Shown here one piece after another: positions 1 to 6,321 of a DNA stretch of 7,301 bases (positions are counted from its first letter, which is position 1; each line of letters begins with the position of its first letter). The DNA is from a virus (Duplodnaviria; Heunggongvirae; Uroviricota; Caudoviricetes): positions 1 to 7,301 of the IMG/VR virus record IMGVR_UViG_2703718791_000006. The stretch is one strand, 5' to 3'. The position numbers and the translations under genes are program-made. The notes beneath the pieces were generated by a model. The model was given only the letters and a program-made list of their open reading frames with translations, did not search any database and was not told the origin of the DNA.

Positions 1-1
1 A

Positions 2-187
2 CACCCGCAAGGGCGGGACTCGCACAACCTGAATAAATACATCTGGCGCTTTATTGCCTTTGGCGCGTCAGAACGTCAAATCATCCACGTAACCGCCTGG
101 ACGGAACGCGAAGCGCGTAACCGTTGCCCGTCCGGTTGTGTTGCTGTATTCGCCGCCCGTATTCGTCAGGAGGTGCACCATGATTAA
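2..187 (+). CDS. 3' end of an upstream gene entering from the left edge (5'-partial); product unknown
   Basis: Frame 2 is the only frame open from the window edge to TAA at 185-187. Its stop overlaps the ATG at 180 of the next ORF (ATGATTAA), the arrangement expected for translational coupling. No start codon in window, no recognisable motif. Confidence 0.35.
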   Translation, partial: HPQGRDSHNLNKYIWRFIAFGASERQIIHVTAWTEREARNRCPSGCVAVFAARIRQEVHHD

Positions 188-392
188 TCTGTCACTTACT
201 GACCTTAACCGCATTCAGTTTCGTGAGAAATTCACAGGGCAGCTACTGGTCAATGTGGATAAAGGTCGCGTGGTGTGTAATTACCACTTACCAGATGAAG
301 CAATTGTCGCCACAAGGGAATCATTACAGGAAATCACAAAACGTGCCGGAATGATTAACACGAATATTCAGGGGATGCTTTATGCACAATAA
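180..392 (+). CDS. hypothetical small protein (70 aa from ATG 180)
   Basis: ATG at 180 lies 6 nt downstream of a perfect AGGAGG Shine-Dalgarno (168-173). The ORF track begins at GTG 138, but the SD favours ATG 180. Stop TAA 390-392 overlaps the next ORF start at 382. No recognisable family. Confidence 0.55.
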   Translation: MINLSLTDLNRIQFREKFTGQLLVNVDKGRVVCNYHLPDEAIVATRESLQEITKRAGMINTNIQGMLYAQ

Positions 393-612
393 AACCACAC
401 CGGACGCAGCAGAAGAAGCAATGCAAATACTGATACGTGCGCTCGTTGATGTTACCCACATGGTGGAGATTATGGAGAGAAAATCACAGTCGGAGCACGA
501 CAAAAGAAAACTTAAAACAATAAAAATAATTGCCAAAAACTCGCTGATAAAAGTTACAGACATCCTTAATGAGGACATTAAAAGAATAAGGGAGAAAATT
601 TGTGATGCATAA
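382..612 (+). CDS. hypothetical small protein, 76 aa, lysine-rich and predicted helical
   Basis: ATG 382 preceded by AGGGGA (369-374). Overlaps the upstream stop and the downstream start. The stretch is visibly AT-rich compared with neighbouring genes. No family recognised. Confidence 0.5.
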   Translation: MHNKTTPDAAEEAMQILIRALVDVTHMVEIMERKSQSEHDKRKLKTIKIIAKNSLIKVTDILNEDIKRIREKICDA

Positions 613-832
613 AATCCCTTTTGAAGTATTAATCCACTCTGAAAACGCATTAATTAAAGCGCGTGAAATGAATGCGTTGTTAATTAAATTAATTGAAGCA
701 ACGGAAGCTGGAGAAGAATCTTCGTCATTAATGCTTGCCGCCGTTCAGACATTACTATCGCCTGTAATTGATGAACTGGATAAGGCGATGGCAATTCACG
801 AAAATAATAACGCGCCCCACACCGGAGAATAA
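605..832 (+). CDS. hypothetical small protein, 75 aa, predicted helical
   Basis: ATG 605 preceded by GGGAGA (590-595); the track's start at 602 is a GTG. Overlaps the upstream stop at 610-612. Same size and helical character as the preceding ORF, so a tandem paralog is possible. Confidence 0.5.
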   Translation: MHKIPFEVLIHSENALIKAREMNALLIKLIEATEAGEESSSLMLAAVQTLLSPVIDELDKAMAIHENNNAPHTGE

Positions 833-837
833 AAATA

Positions 838-1137
838 ATGAAACTTAAATATTCTGGCTTAACTGCCAGTGGCAACACTCACCCTAAATTTACGCGCGGT
901 GATATTTACCGCGACCAGTACGGCGGCACGGTAATGATTAAGGGCGTGGCGGGACGGTGCGTAACTTACCGCCGTGAAGGTTACGAATATGATTGCGTGA
1001 TGCCTGTTTATCAGTTCCGGCGTGATTTTTCTCTGGTACAGACCGCGCCGCATAACGTGCCCACCAGCAACGCCAGGGCACGGGCAAACATCCAGAAGCT
1101 GAAAACCATGATTAACGTATTCAGGGGTAAAAAATGA
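838..1137 (+). CDS. hypothetical protein, 99 aa
   Basis: ATG 838 preceded by GGAG (824-827). Stop TGA 1135-1137 overlaps the helicase ATG at 1134 (ATGA coupling). No family recognised. Confidence 0.55.
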   Translation: MKLKYSGLTASGNTHPKFTRGDIYRDQYGGTVMIKGVAGRCVTYRREGYEYDCVMPVYQFRRDFSLVQTAPHNVPTSNARARANIQKLKTMINVFRGKK

Positions 1138-2882
1138 AACTGGCACCGAACGTAAAAAAACAGCCACGCGGAATAAAACACAAAGACACAGAGGTAATTA
1201 TCTTTGCGGGTAGTGATGCCTGGTCGCACGCGAAACAATGGCAGGAGCAGGATGGCCCCGCATCCGGCGATAATGTGCCGCCTGTGTGGCTTGGGCCAAA
1301 GCAGCTTGCCGAACTTGATGCGCTGAAAATTGTTCCGGATGGGAAAAAGCGCGTAAGGCTGTACCAGGCCGGAGAACTAGATTTAGTGGAGACCAAAAAG
1401 ATTGGTCAGAAGCTGGCGGCGGCAGATATTCAGGACGCAAATTTTTACCACGAAGGAATGCACGTCCAGAAGTGTGAAAACTGGCGGCGCTATCTGAATG
1501 CTGAGCGTGAAAATATTGCCGCAGGGCTTACCATGCCGGAGCAGAAAAATACGCAACTGGCACAAATGGCAGACAGTGAGCGCGCACAGATGCTTGCTGG
1601 TCGATTTGATGGCGTTTGTGTGCATCCGGAAAGTGAAATCGTTCACGTATGGCGCGGCGGGGTATGGTGTCCGGTCAGCACAATGGAACTTAGCCGCGAA
1701 ATGGTGGCGATCTATTCAGAGCACAGGGCCACTTTCAGCAAGCGCGTAATCAATAACGCCGTGGAAGCGTTAAAAGTTATTGCCGAACCAATGGGCGAGC
1801 CGTCCGGCGATTTGCTGCCGTTCGCCAATGGTGCGCTTGACCTGAAAACGGGGGAATTTTCCCCGCACACGCCGGAGAACTGGATCACCACGCACAACGG
1901 CATTGAGTACACGCCACCAGCACCAGGGGAGAATATCCGCGACAACGCGCCAAACTTTCATAAATGGCTTGAGCACGCAGCCGGAAAAGACCCGCGCAAG
2001 ATGATGCGTATATGTGCCGCGCTGTACATGATTATGGCGAACCGGTACGACTGGCAGATGTTTATTGAGGCCACCGGAGACGGCGGGAGCGGTAAAAGTA
2101 CATTCACACACATAGCCAGCCTTCTGGCAGGGAAACAGAACACGGTAAGCGCTGAAATGACATCGCTTGATGATGCTGGTGGACGTGCGCAGGTTGTCGG
2201 GAGTCGTCTTATCGTCCTGGCTGACCAGCCGAAATATACAGGCGAAGGAACGGGCATCAAGAAAATCACGGGCGGCGACCCCGTGGAAATTAACCCGAAA
2301 TATGAGAAGCGTTTTACGGCGGTAATCAGGGCGGTGGTGCTGGCTACCAACAATAACCCGATGATATTCACCGAACGGGCCGGAGGTGTGTCACGTCGTC
2401 GCGTAATTTTCCGTTTCGACAATATCGTCAGTGAGGCCGAAAAAGACAGGGAGCTACCGGAAAAGATTGCGGCTGAAATCCCTGTCATTATCCGCCGATT
2501 GCTGGCGAACTTTACCGACCCTGAGAAGGCACGGGCTTTACTACTGGAACAGCGTGACGGTGATGAAGCTCTGGCAATAAAGCAACAGACGGATCCGGTT
2601 ATTGAGTTTTGCCAGTTCCTGAATTTTCTGGAGGAAGCACGCGGCCTGATGATGGGCGGCGGTGGCGATTCAGTGAAGTACACGACCAGGAACAGCCTTT
2701 ACCGCGTCTATCTGGCGTTTATGGCATACGCAGGCAGGAGCAAACCGCTAAACGTGGCTGAGTTCAGCAAGGCCATGAAGCCAGCGGCGAAAGTTTACGG
2801 GCATGAATATATTACGCGAAAAGTTAAGGGAGTAACGCAGACCAACGCAATTACAACAGACGATTGCGACGCGTTTTTATAA
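1134..2882 (+). CDS. replication protein: P4-alpha / D5-type superfamily-3 helicase (phage/plasmid primase C-terminal-domain family)
   Basis: 582-aa ORF with Walker A GDGGSGKST (about nt 2079-2105) and a Walker B-like hydrophobic run ending in Asp (RLIVLADQ) in a central NTPase region, flanked by N- and C-terminal extensions as in P4-alpha/D5-family proteins. Last gene of a coupled operon and immediately followed by an iteron array. Whether a primase domain is present cannot be settled by eye. Confidence 0.7.
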   Translation: MKLAPNVKKQPRGIKHKDTEVIIFAGSDAWSHAKQWQEQDGPASGDNVPPVWLGPKQLAELDALKIVPDGKKRVRLYQAGELDLVETKKIGQKLAAADIQDANFYHEGMHVQKCENWRRYLNAERENIAAGLTMPEQKNTQLAQMADSERAQMLAGRFDGVCVHPESEIVHVWRGGVWCPVSTMELSREMVAIYSEHRATFSKRVINNAVEALKVIAEPMGEPSGDLLPFANGALDLKTGEFSPHTPENWITTHNGIEYTPPAPGENIRDNAPNFHKWLEHAAGKDPRKMMRICAALYMIMANRYDWQMFIEATGDGGSGKSTFTHIASLLAGKQNTVSAEMTSLDDAGGRAQVVGSRLIVLADQPKYTGEGTGIKKITGGDPVEINPKYEKRFTAVIRAVVLATNNNPMIFTERAGGVSRRRVIFRFDNIVSEAEKDRELPEKIAAEIPVIIRRLLANFTDPEKARALLLEQRDGDEALAIKQQTDPVIEFCQFLNFLEEARGLMMGGGGDSVKYTTRNSLYRVYLAFMAYAGRSKPLNVAEFSKAMKPAAKVYGHEYITRKVKGVTQTNAITTDDCDAFL

Positions 2883-2895
2883 TTTTTTGTAAAAG

Positions 2896-3124
2896 CCCTC
2901 TACCCCATCTACCTGAATGAAATAAACGCATATTATTCAACATGATAAGTGGGTAGAGGGCTAGGTAGAAGGCTAATAAAAGCTCTCTACCTCTTCTACC
3001 TGATTTTATCAGTTTCAGGTAGCAGGGTAGACGGCAGGTAGAGGAGCCCAAAAAGCTATCTACCCGCTGAAAGCCGCGCCATTACTGACATGATGAGCAT
3101 TCGGGTAGATGGGTAGAGGGGGGG
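2896..3124. repeat. iteron array, candidate satellite replication origin
   Basis: Twelve copies of GGTAGA or its complement TCTACC, often inside a longer GGGTAGAGG core. Top strand GGTAGA at 2952, 2964, 3026, 3037, 3104, 3112 and GGTAGC at 3018; TCTACC at 2899, 2908, 2986, 2995, 3059. Copies occur in pairs or triplets 9-12 bp apart, in alternating orientation blocks, with AT-rich stretches at 2915-2950 and 3125-3160. Sits between the helicase and the ssb operon. Confidence 0.6.
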
Positions 3125-3165
3125 AGGCACAACTAAAAACTTTTTAAACGAGGGGGTGAAAATAA

Positions 3166-3480
3166 ATGCGCATACATCAAAATCACTTAACAAACATGCC
3201 AGCCGAAAACATGAATCAGGGGCGACAAATGACCAAAATTCGCAGAGACAGAACAGAGCCAAAATATAAAGCGTTAGACATGACTGAGCATACCTTAAAG
3301 GTGGCAATCAGAACGATAGACCGCCACACGCGGGAAGGATACGCGAAGGAACATCCCGACCTGATAAGCGCATTCATGACCACAGCGGCGGCAAACTTTG
3401 CCACGCTGACAGAACGGGAGATTGCCGAAGCGGAACAGGTAACAACCATCAACGTTAAAACCGGAGAGGTGGAATCATGA
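3166..3480 (+). CDS. hypothetical protein, 104 aa, coupled to ssb
   Basis: ATG 3166 about 8 nt downstream of AGGGGGTG. Stop TGA 3478-3480 overlaps the ssb ATG at 3477. Alternative internal starts exist. No family recognised. Confidence 0.5.
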   Translation: MRIHQNHLTNMPAENMNQGRQMTKIRRDRTEPKYKALDMTEHTLKVAIRTIDRHTREGYAKEHPDLISAFMTTAAANFATLTEREIAEAEQVTTINVKTGEVES

Positions 3481-3887
3481 CAGCACAGATAGCCGCTTAC
3501 GGGCGGCTGGTGGACGACCCGCAGGTAAAACAGACCAGCAAGGGCACACCGATGACGCTGGCGCGTATGGCGGTCCCCCTTCCGTGCAGCCAGGCAGATG
3601 ACGGAACGGCTACGTTATGGCTATCGGTGATGGCATTTGGTAAGCAGGCCGACTTCCTGGCTAAACATCAAAAAGGCGACGTTGCCAGCATATCTGGCGT
3701 GATGCAGATAAGCCAGTGGACCGGACAGAACGGGGAAACGCGGCAGGGTTATCAGGTTATTGCAGACAGCGTAATCAGTGCCCGTGCGGCACGTCCTGGC
3801 GGGAACAGACGCAAAACCACAGGCGCACAGGGTAATCAGCCACCAGCGGGAGACGATGACCCCTACGGTGATGATATTCCGTTCTGA
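3477..3887 (+). CDS. ssb: single-stranded DNA-binding protein (short OB-fold SSB with acidic C-terminal tail)
   Basis: 136 aa. N-terminus GRLVDDPQV resembles E. coli SSB GNLGQDPEV, and an aromatic/Gly-Lys OB-fold block (WLSVMAFGKQA versus WHRVVLFGKLA) follows. A Gly/Pro/Gln-rich linker ends in DDDPYGDDIPF, the canonical SSB tail. Good SD (GGAGAGGTGG) upstream. Confidence 0.85.
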   Translation: MTAQIAAYGRLVDDPQVKQTSKGTPMTLARMAVPLPCSQADDGTATLWLSVMAFGKQADFLAKHQKGDVASISGVMQISQWTGQNGETRQGYQVIADSVISARAARPGGNRRKTTGAQGNQPPAGDDDPYGDDIPF

Positions 3888-3895
3888 ACGCACAG

Positions 3896-3919
3896 GCCGG
3901 AGAAAATCCGGCTTTTTGT
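3896..3919 (+). terminator. rho-independent terminator after ssb
   Basis: GCCGGA-gaaaa-TCCGGC hairpin (6-bp GC-rich stem) followed by TTTTT, 9 nt after the ssb stop. Confidence 0.6.
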
Positions 3920-3923
3920 ACCC

Positions 3924-3970
3924 AAAAAAAGCCCGATAAGTACAGGAGGAAGCTTATCGGGCTTTTGCTT
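3924..3970. terminator. second, possibly bidirectional, terminator hairpin
   Basis: 10-bp stem GCCCGATAAG/CTTATCGGGC with a 12-nt loop, A-run upstream (3924-3930) and TTTTG downstream. Confidence 0.45.
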
Positions 3971-4040
3971 ACGAGGTTAACAGCATGGTGACTACTGTTG
4001 CTGTAAATCATTTCATAATTTGCAACACAACTCAATTTTA

Positions 4041-4091
4041 TTGCGCAAAATGCAATCATGATTATAATCATAACTGGATGAACATCCAGTT
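4041..4091 (+). promoter_or_regulatory. candidate sigma70 promoter with two palindromic operators ahead of the capsid operon
   Basis: -35 TTGCGC (4041-4046), 16-bp spacer, -10 TATAAT (4063-4068). Perfect 14-bp palindrome ATGATTATAATCAT (4058-4071) overlaps the -10. Perfect 9-2-9 inverted repeat AACTGGATG-AA-CATCCAGTT (4072-4091) lies just downstream. Confidence 0.45.
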
Positions 4092-4124
4092 GTGATTTTT
4101 TAAGTCAAAGAGGAATTTCTGACT

Positions 4125-4331
4125 ATGGCAGAAGAGAAAAAAGGCGGTGTTTCGGTGTACATAAGCCCCGAAATCGTGGAGGTGCTCAAGCAGCGCCACA
4201 AAAAAAACTATGAGGCTGGCGTAGCGGCTGGACTGGATCCGCTGATGACGCCGGAGCCGTCGATAGGTTCACTTGTGCGCTCTTATTTACTTGCGGCGCT
4301 TGGGATGCATAAAAATTATGGGGGTGAATAA
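4125..4331 (+). CDS. hypothetical small protein, 68 aa; possible ribbon-helix-helix DNA-binding protein
   Basis: N-terminal GGVSVYISPEIVEVLKQ fits a beta-strand plus helix pattern as in Arc/CopG-type RHH proteins, and a second helix SIGSLVRSYLLAALG follows. Stop TAA 4329-4331 overlaps the capsid ATG (TAATG). The fold assignment is a guess from sequence pattern only. Confidence 0.5.
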   Translation: MAEEKKGGVSVYISPEIVEVLKQRHKKNYEAGVAAGLDPLMTPEPSIGSLVRSYLLAALGMHKNYGGE

Positions 4332-5386
4332 TGGCAGGCAAAGCAACGGCACTTAACACTAACCAGCTTTTTGCGTACCTGAATCGCGGGGATATTGCGG
4401 AATTTAAATTTAGTCCGCTGTTTACCACGCTGTTTTTCCCGAAAGTAGCGACATTCAACACCCAAAACATCATGCTGGATAACCTGGACACCGAAGAAGT
4501 CACTATGTCAGCGTTTTGCTCGCCTATGGTTGGTAGCCAGGTACAGCGCGATAAAGGGTACGAAACCAGCACGATTAAACCTGGCTACATGAAGCCAAAG
4601 CACGAAATCGATCCAACAAAAACCATCATGCGCATGGCTGGAGAAGATCCGGCACAGCTTAACGACCCAACCTATCGCCGTATGCGCCTGATTACTGGCA
4701 ACATGCGCCGCCAGGTAAACGCTATTAAAGCGCGTGTTGAATGGCTGGCGGTAAATGCGGTAACGACCGGAAAAAACATCATTGAGGGCGAAGGCATAGA
4801 GCGCTATGAAATCGACTGGAAGATACCGGAAAAAAACATCATAGAGCAGGCCGACGGGAAAAAATGGTCAGAGCAGGACAAAGAAACCCACGATCCAATC
4901 TATGATATCGAACTATACGCCGATCAGGCTGGTTGCCCCGCAAACGTCATGATTATGGGCGCTGAGGTATGGCGAACGTTACGCAGCTTTAAAAAATTCC
5001 GTGAGCTGTACGATCTTTCCCGTGGTTCAGAGTCCGCCGCAGAGCTGGCCTGTAAAAACCTGGGCGAAGTGGTGAGCTTTAAAGGCTATCTGGGCGATAT
5101 TGCCCTTATCGTCTATTCCGGCAAATACGCCGACAGCGACGGCACCGAAAAACATTTCCTTGAGCCTGATTTGCTGGTCTTGGGCAACACCAACAATAAA
5201 GGGCTGGTTGCTTATGGTGCGATTATGGATCAGGAAGCGGTAAGAACGGGCGCAACGCAAAACATGTACTACCCGAAAAACTGGATTGAGGACGGCGATC
5301 CGGCGATTGAGTACGTGCAGACGCACAGCGCACCGCAGCCGGTGCCGGCAGACATTCGCAAATTTGTTACCGTCAAAATTGGTTAA
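4331..5386 (+). CDS. major capsid protein, lambda gpE family (HK97 fold)
   Basis: 351 aa, colinear over its full length with lambda gpE (341 aa) as recalled. Conserved blocks: FKFSPLF versus FKFDPLF; PGYMKPKHEIDP versus PGYVKPKHEVNP; DPTYRRMRLITGNMR versus DPAYRRRRIIMQNMR; RGSESAAELACKNLGEVVSFKGYLGDIALIVYSGKY versus RGSNSELETAVKDLGKAVSYKGMYGDVAIVVYSGQY; YPKNWIEDGDPAIEY versus YPKNWVTTGDPAREF. SD GGGGTGA upstream. Confidence 0.9.
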   Translation: MAGKATALNTNQLFAYLNRGDIAEFKFSPLFTTLFFPKVATFNTQNIMLDNLDTEEVTMSAFCSPMVGSQVQRDKGYETSTIKPGYMKPKHEIDPTKTIMRMAGEDPAQLNDPTYRRMRLITGNMRRQVNAIKARVEWLAVNAVTTGKNIIEGEGIERYEIDWKIPEKNIIEQADGKKWSEQDKETHDPIYDIELYADQAGCPANVMIMGAEVWRTLRSFKKFRELYDLSRGSESAAELACKNLGEVVSFKGYLGDIALIVYSGKYADSDGTEKHFLEPDLLVLGNTNNKGLVAYGAIMDQEAVRTGATQNMYYPKNWIEDGDPAIEYVQTHSAPQPVPADIRKFVTVKIG

Positions 5387-5397
5387 CGGGGGATTCT

Positions 5398-5733
5398 ATG
5401 AACACTCCATACATTGAGTTATTTGCAGGCAGTCAGCAGGTATCCACGACGCTGGTACATTTTGCCGCTGATGCTGGCGTCATTCAGGAATTTACCCCGC
5501 TGATGCTGGCGGACAATGGCGAGTTTAAGCCGTGGGATGGTCAGGCGTCCGGAAAGGCTGTTTATCTGACTTCGTACCCCGTGGACACGTCAAAGCAGAA
5601 ATCAGCACAGTGCTACAAGACGGGGATCTTTAATATCGCCGCCGTGAACTGGCCCGAGAGCGTCGACACCGATGCGAAAAAATGCGCCGCCTTTGCGGGT
5701 TCTGGCGTATCCGTTCAGCCGCTGGCCCGATAA
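5398..5733 (+). CDS. head decoration protein, lambda gpD family
   Basis: 111 aa versus gpD 110 aa. Shared blocks: TPLMLAD / TPLMLD, WDG, YKTGIFN..WPE / YKSGTF..WPE, KKCAAFAGSG / KKRTAFAGT. SD GGGGGAT upstream. Gene order is capsid then decoration, the reverse of lambda's D then E. Confidence 0.8.
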   Translation: MNTPYIELFAGSQQVSTTLVHFAADAGVIQEFTPLMLADNGEFKPWDGQASGKAVYLTSYPVDTSKQKSAQCYKTGIFNIAAVNWPESVDTDAKKCAAFAGSGVSVQPLAR

Positions 5734-5745
5734 GCAGGGGGAACG

Positions 5746-6159
5746 ATGGCAACGAATGAAAGCATCATGACGCTACCGCTGGCGAGTAAATTTAAAGCCG
5801 AAGCGCGAGCAATGGCTGACAGAGGTTTATCAACCTACGAGGCCGTATATCAACTCAACAAACTGGAAGAGCAGGACAAGCCGCGCGCTGATGCGATTAT
5901 GGCGCTTCATGAGCATAACGACTATCAGCCGCTGTTACGTGCAATGGCAAACGTGCCTTGTATCGATGTTGGTACGGCTAAAAGCATCCTTAGCATGACC
6001 ATAGAGCAGGAACGCCAGAAGGTTGCGCCGGAGCTTACCGCAGCCTTTGAAAACTTTATGGACATGCACAGCCCGCAAGCCGTTTCAGCTGGCATGGCAT
6101 ACGACGGCAGAAACCCGGGCGATGATGGCGACATCGAGCGCATACTGAAAACCATCTGA
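5746..6159 (+). CDS. hypothetical protein, 137 aa, last gene of the capsid operon
   Basis: Strong SD AGGGGGA before ATG 5746 and a terminator directly after the stop. No convincing similarity to lambda FI, FII or Nu3 as recalled. Confidence 0.6.
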   Translation: MATNESIMTLPLASKFKAEARAMADRGLSTYEAVYQLNKLEEQDKPRADAIMALHEHNDYQPLLRAMANVPCIDVGTAKSILSMTIEQERQKVAPELTAAFENFMDMHSPQAVSAGMAYDGRNPGDDGDIERILKTI

Positions 6160-6165
6160 GACAAG

Positions 6166-6188
6166 GCCGGAGAAATCCGGCTTTTTTT
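6166..6188 (+). terminator. rho-independent terminator after the capsid operon, abutting cosQ
   Basis: GCCGGA-gaaa-TCCGGC hairpin followed by TTTTTTT. Near-identical to the terminator at 3896-3919. Confidence 0.6.
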
Positions 6189-6265
6189 ACGGGTCCTTTC
6201 CGGCATATGGACCCGTTACGGGGCGGCGACCTCGCGGTTTTTCGCTATTTATGACGTTTTTCCGT
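6187..6265 (+). other. lambda-type cos site, copy 1 (cosQ, cosN, I2-like proximal cosB)
   Basis: TTTACGGGTCCTTTCCGG (6187-6204) matches the lambda right-end cosQ region. GGGCGGCGACCT (6221-6232) is identical to the lambda 12-nt cohesive end, and the 17-bp spacing between them is kept. The following CGCGGTTTTTCGCTATTTATGA closely matches the lambda left end CGCGGGTTTTCGCTATTTATGA. No ATGTCCGGTT-type repeats before the terS start. Confidence 0.75.
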
Positions 6266-6269
6266 GAAG

Positions 6270-6296
6270 GTGACACCACCACCACTTGATTAATAT
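6270..6296 (+). promoter_or_regulatory. weak candidate promoter for the small terminase gene
   Basis: GTGACA (6270-6275), about 15-bp spacer, TAATAT (6291-6296). The alternative TTGATT (6286-6291) has a poor -10. Low confidence. Confidence 0.25.
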
Positions 6297-6321
6297 TTAA
6301 CCATGTAGTTAAGGTAACATT

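Noticed and set aside
138-179. GTG start at 138 for the first small ORF, as given in the track
   Set aside because: A perfect AGGAGG lies 6 nt before ATG 180, and 138-179 is also the open 3' end of the upstream gene frame. ATG 180 preferred.
254-262. Perfect DnaA box (TTATCCACA on the bottom strand)
   Set aside because: Single copy inside a coding region and far from the iteron array; most likely chance.
324-1440. Several minus-strand ORFs of 64-108 aa overlapping the small-ORF operon and the helicase start
   Set aside because: They overlap a consistent plus-strand chain of coupled ORFs with ribosome-binding sites, and show no independent support.
1958-2683. 241-aa minus-strand ORF in the six-frame track
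   Set aside because: It lies entirely inside the plus-strand helicase gene, which has clear motifs. It has a low-complexity Ser/Arg/Ala-rich translation and no SD or motif. Treated as an antisense shadow ORF.
2896-3124. Possible CRISPR array
   Set aside because: The repeats are 6-10 bp, irregularly spaced and in both orientations, which is iteron-like and not 28-37 bp direct repeats with unique spacers.
4072-4091. LexA SOS box
   Set aside because: CTG-N10-CAG spacing matches, but the motif reads CTGG/CCAG and the centre is not AT-rich. Kept only as an unassigned operator palindrome.
3216-5326. Minus-strand ORFs (3216..3452, 3621..3893, 3775..4071, 4186..4572, 5027..5326)
   Set aside because: They overlap ssb, the capsid gene or promoter and terminator regions. 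The plus-strand genes have clear homology or strong ribosome-binding sites.
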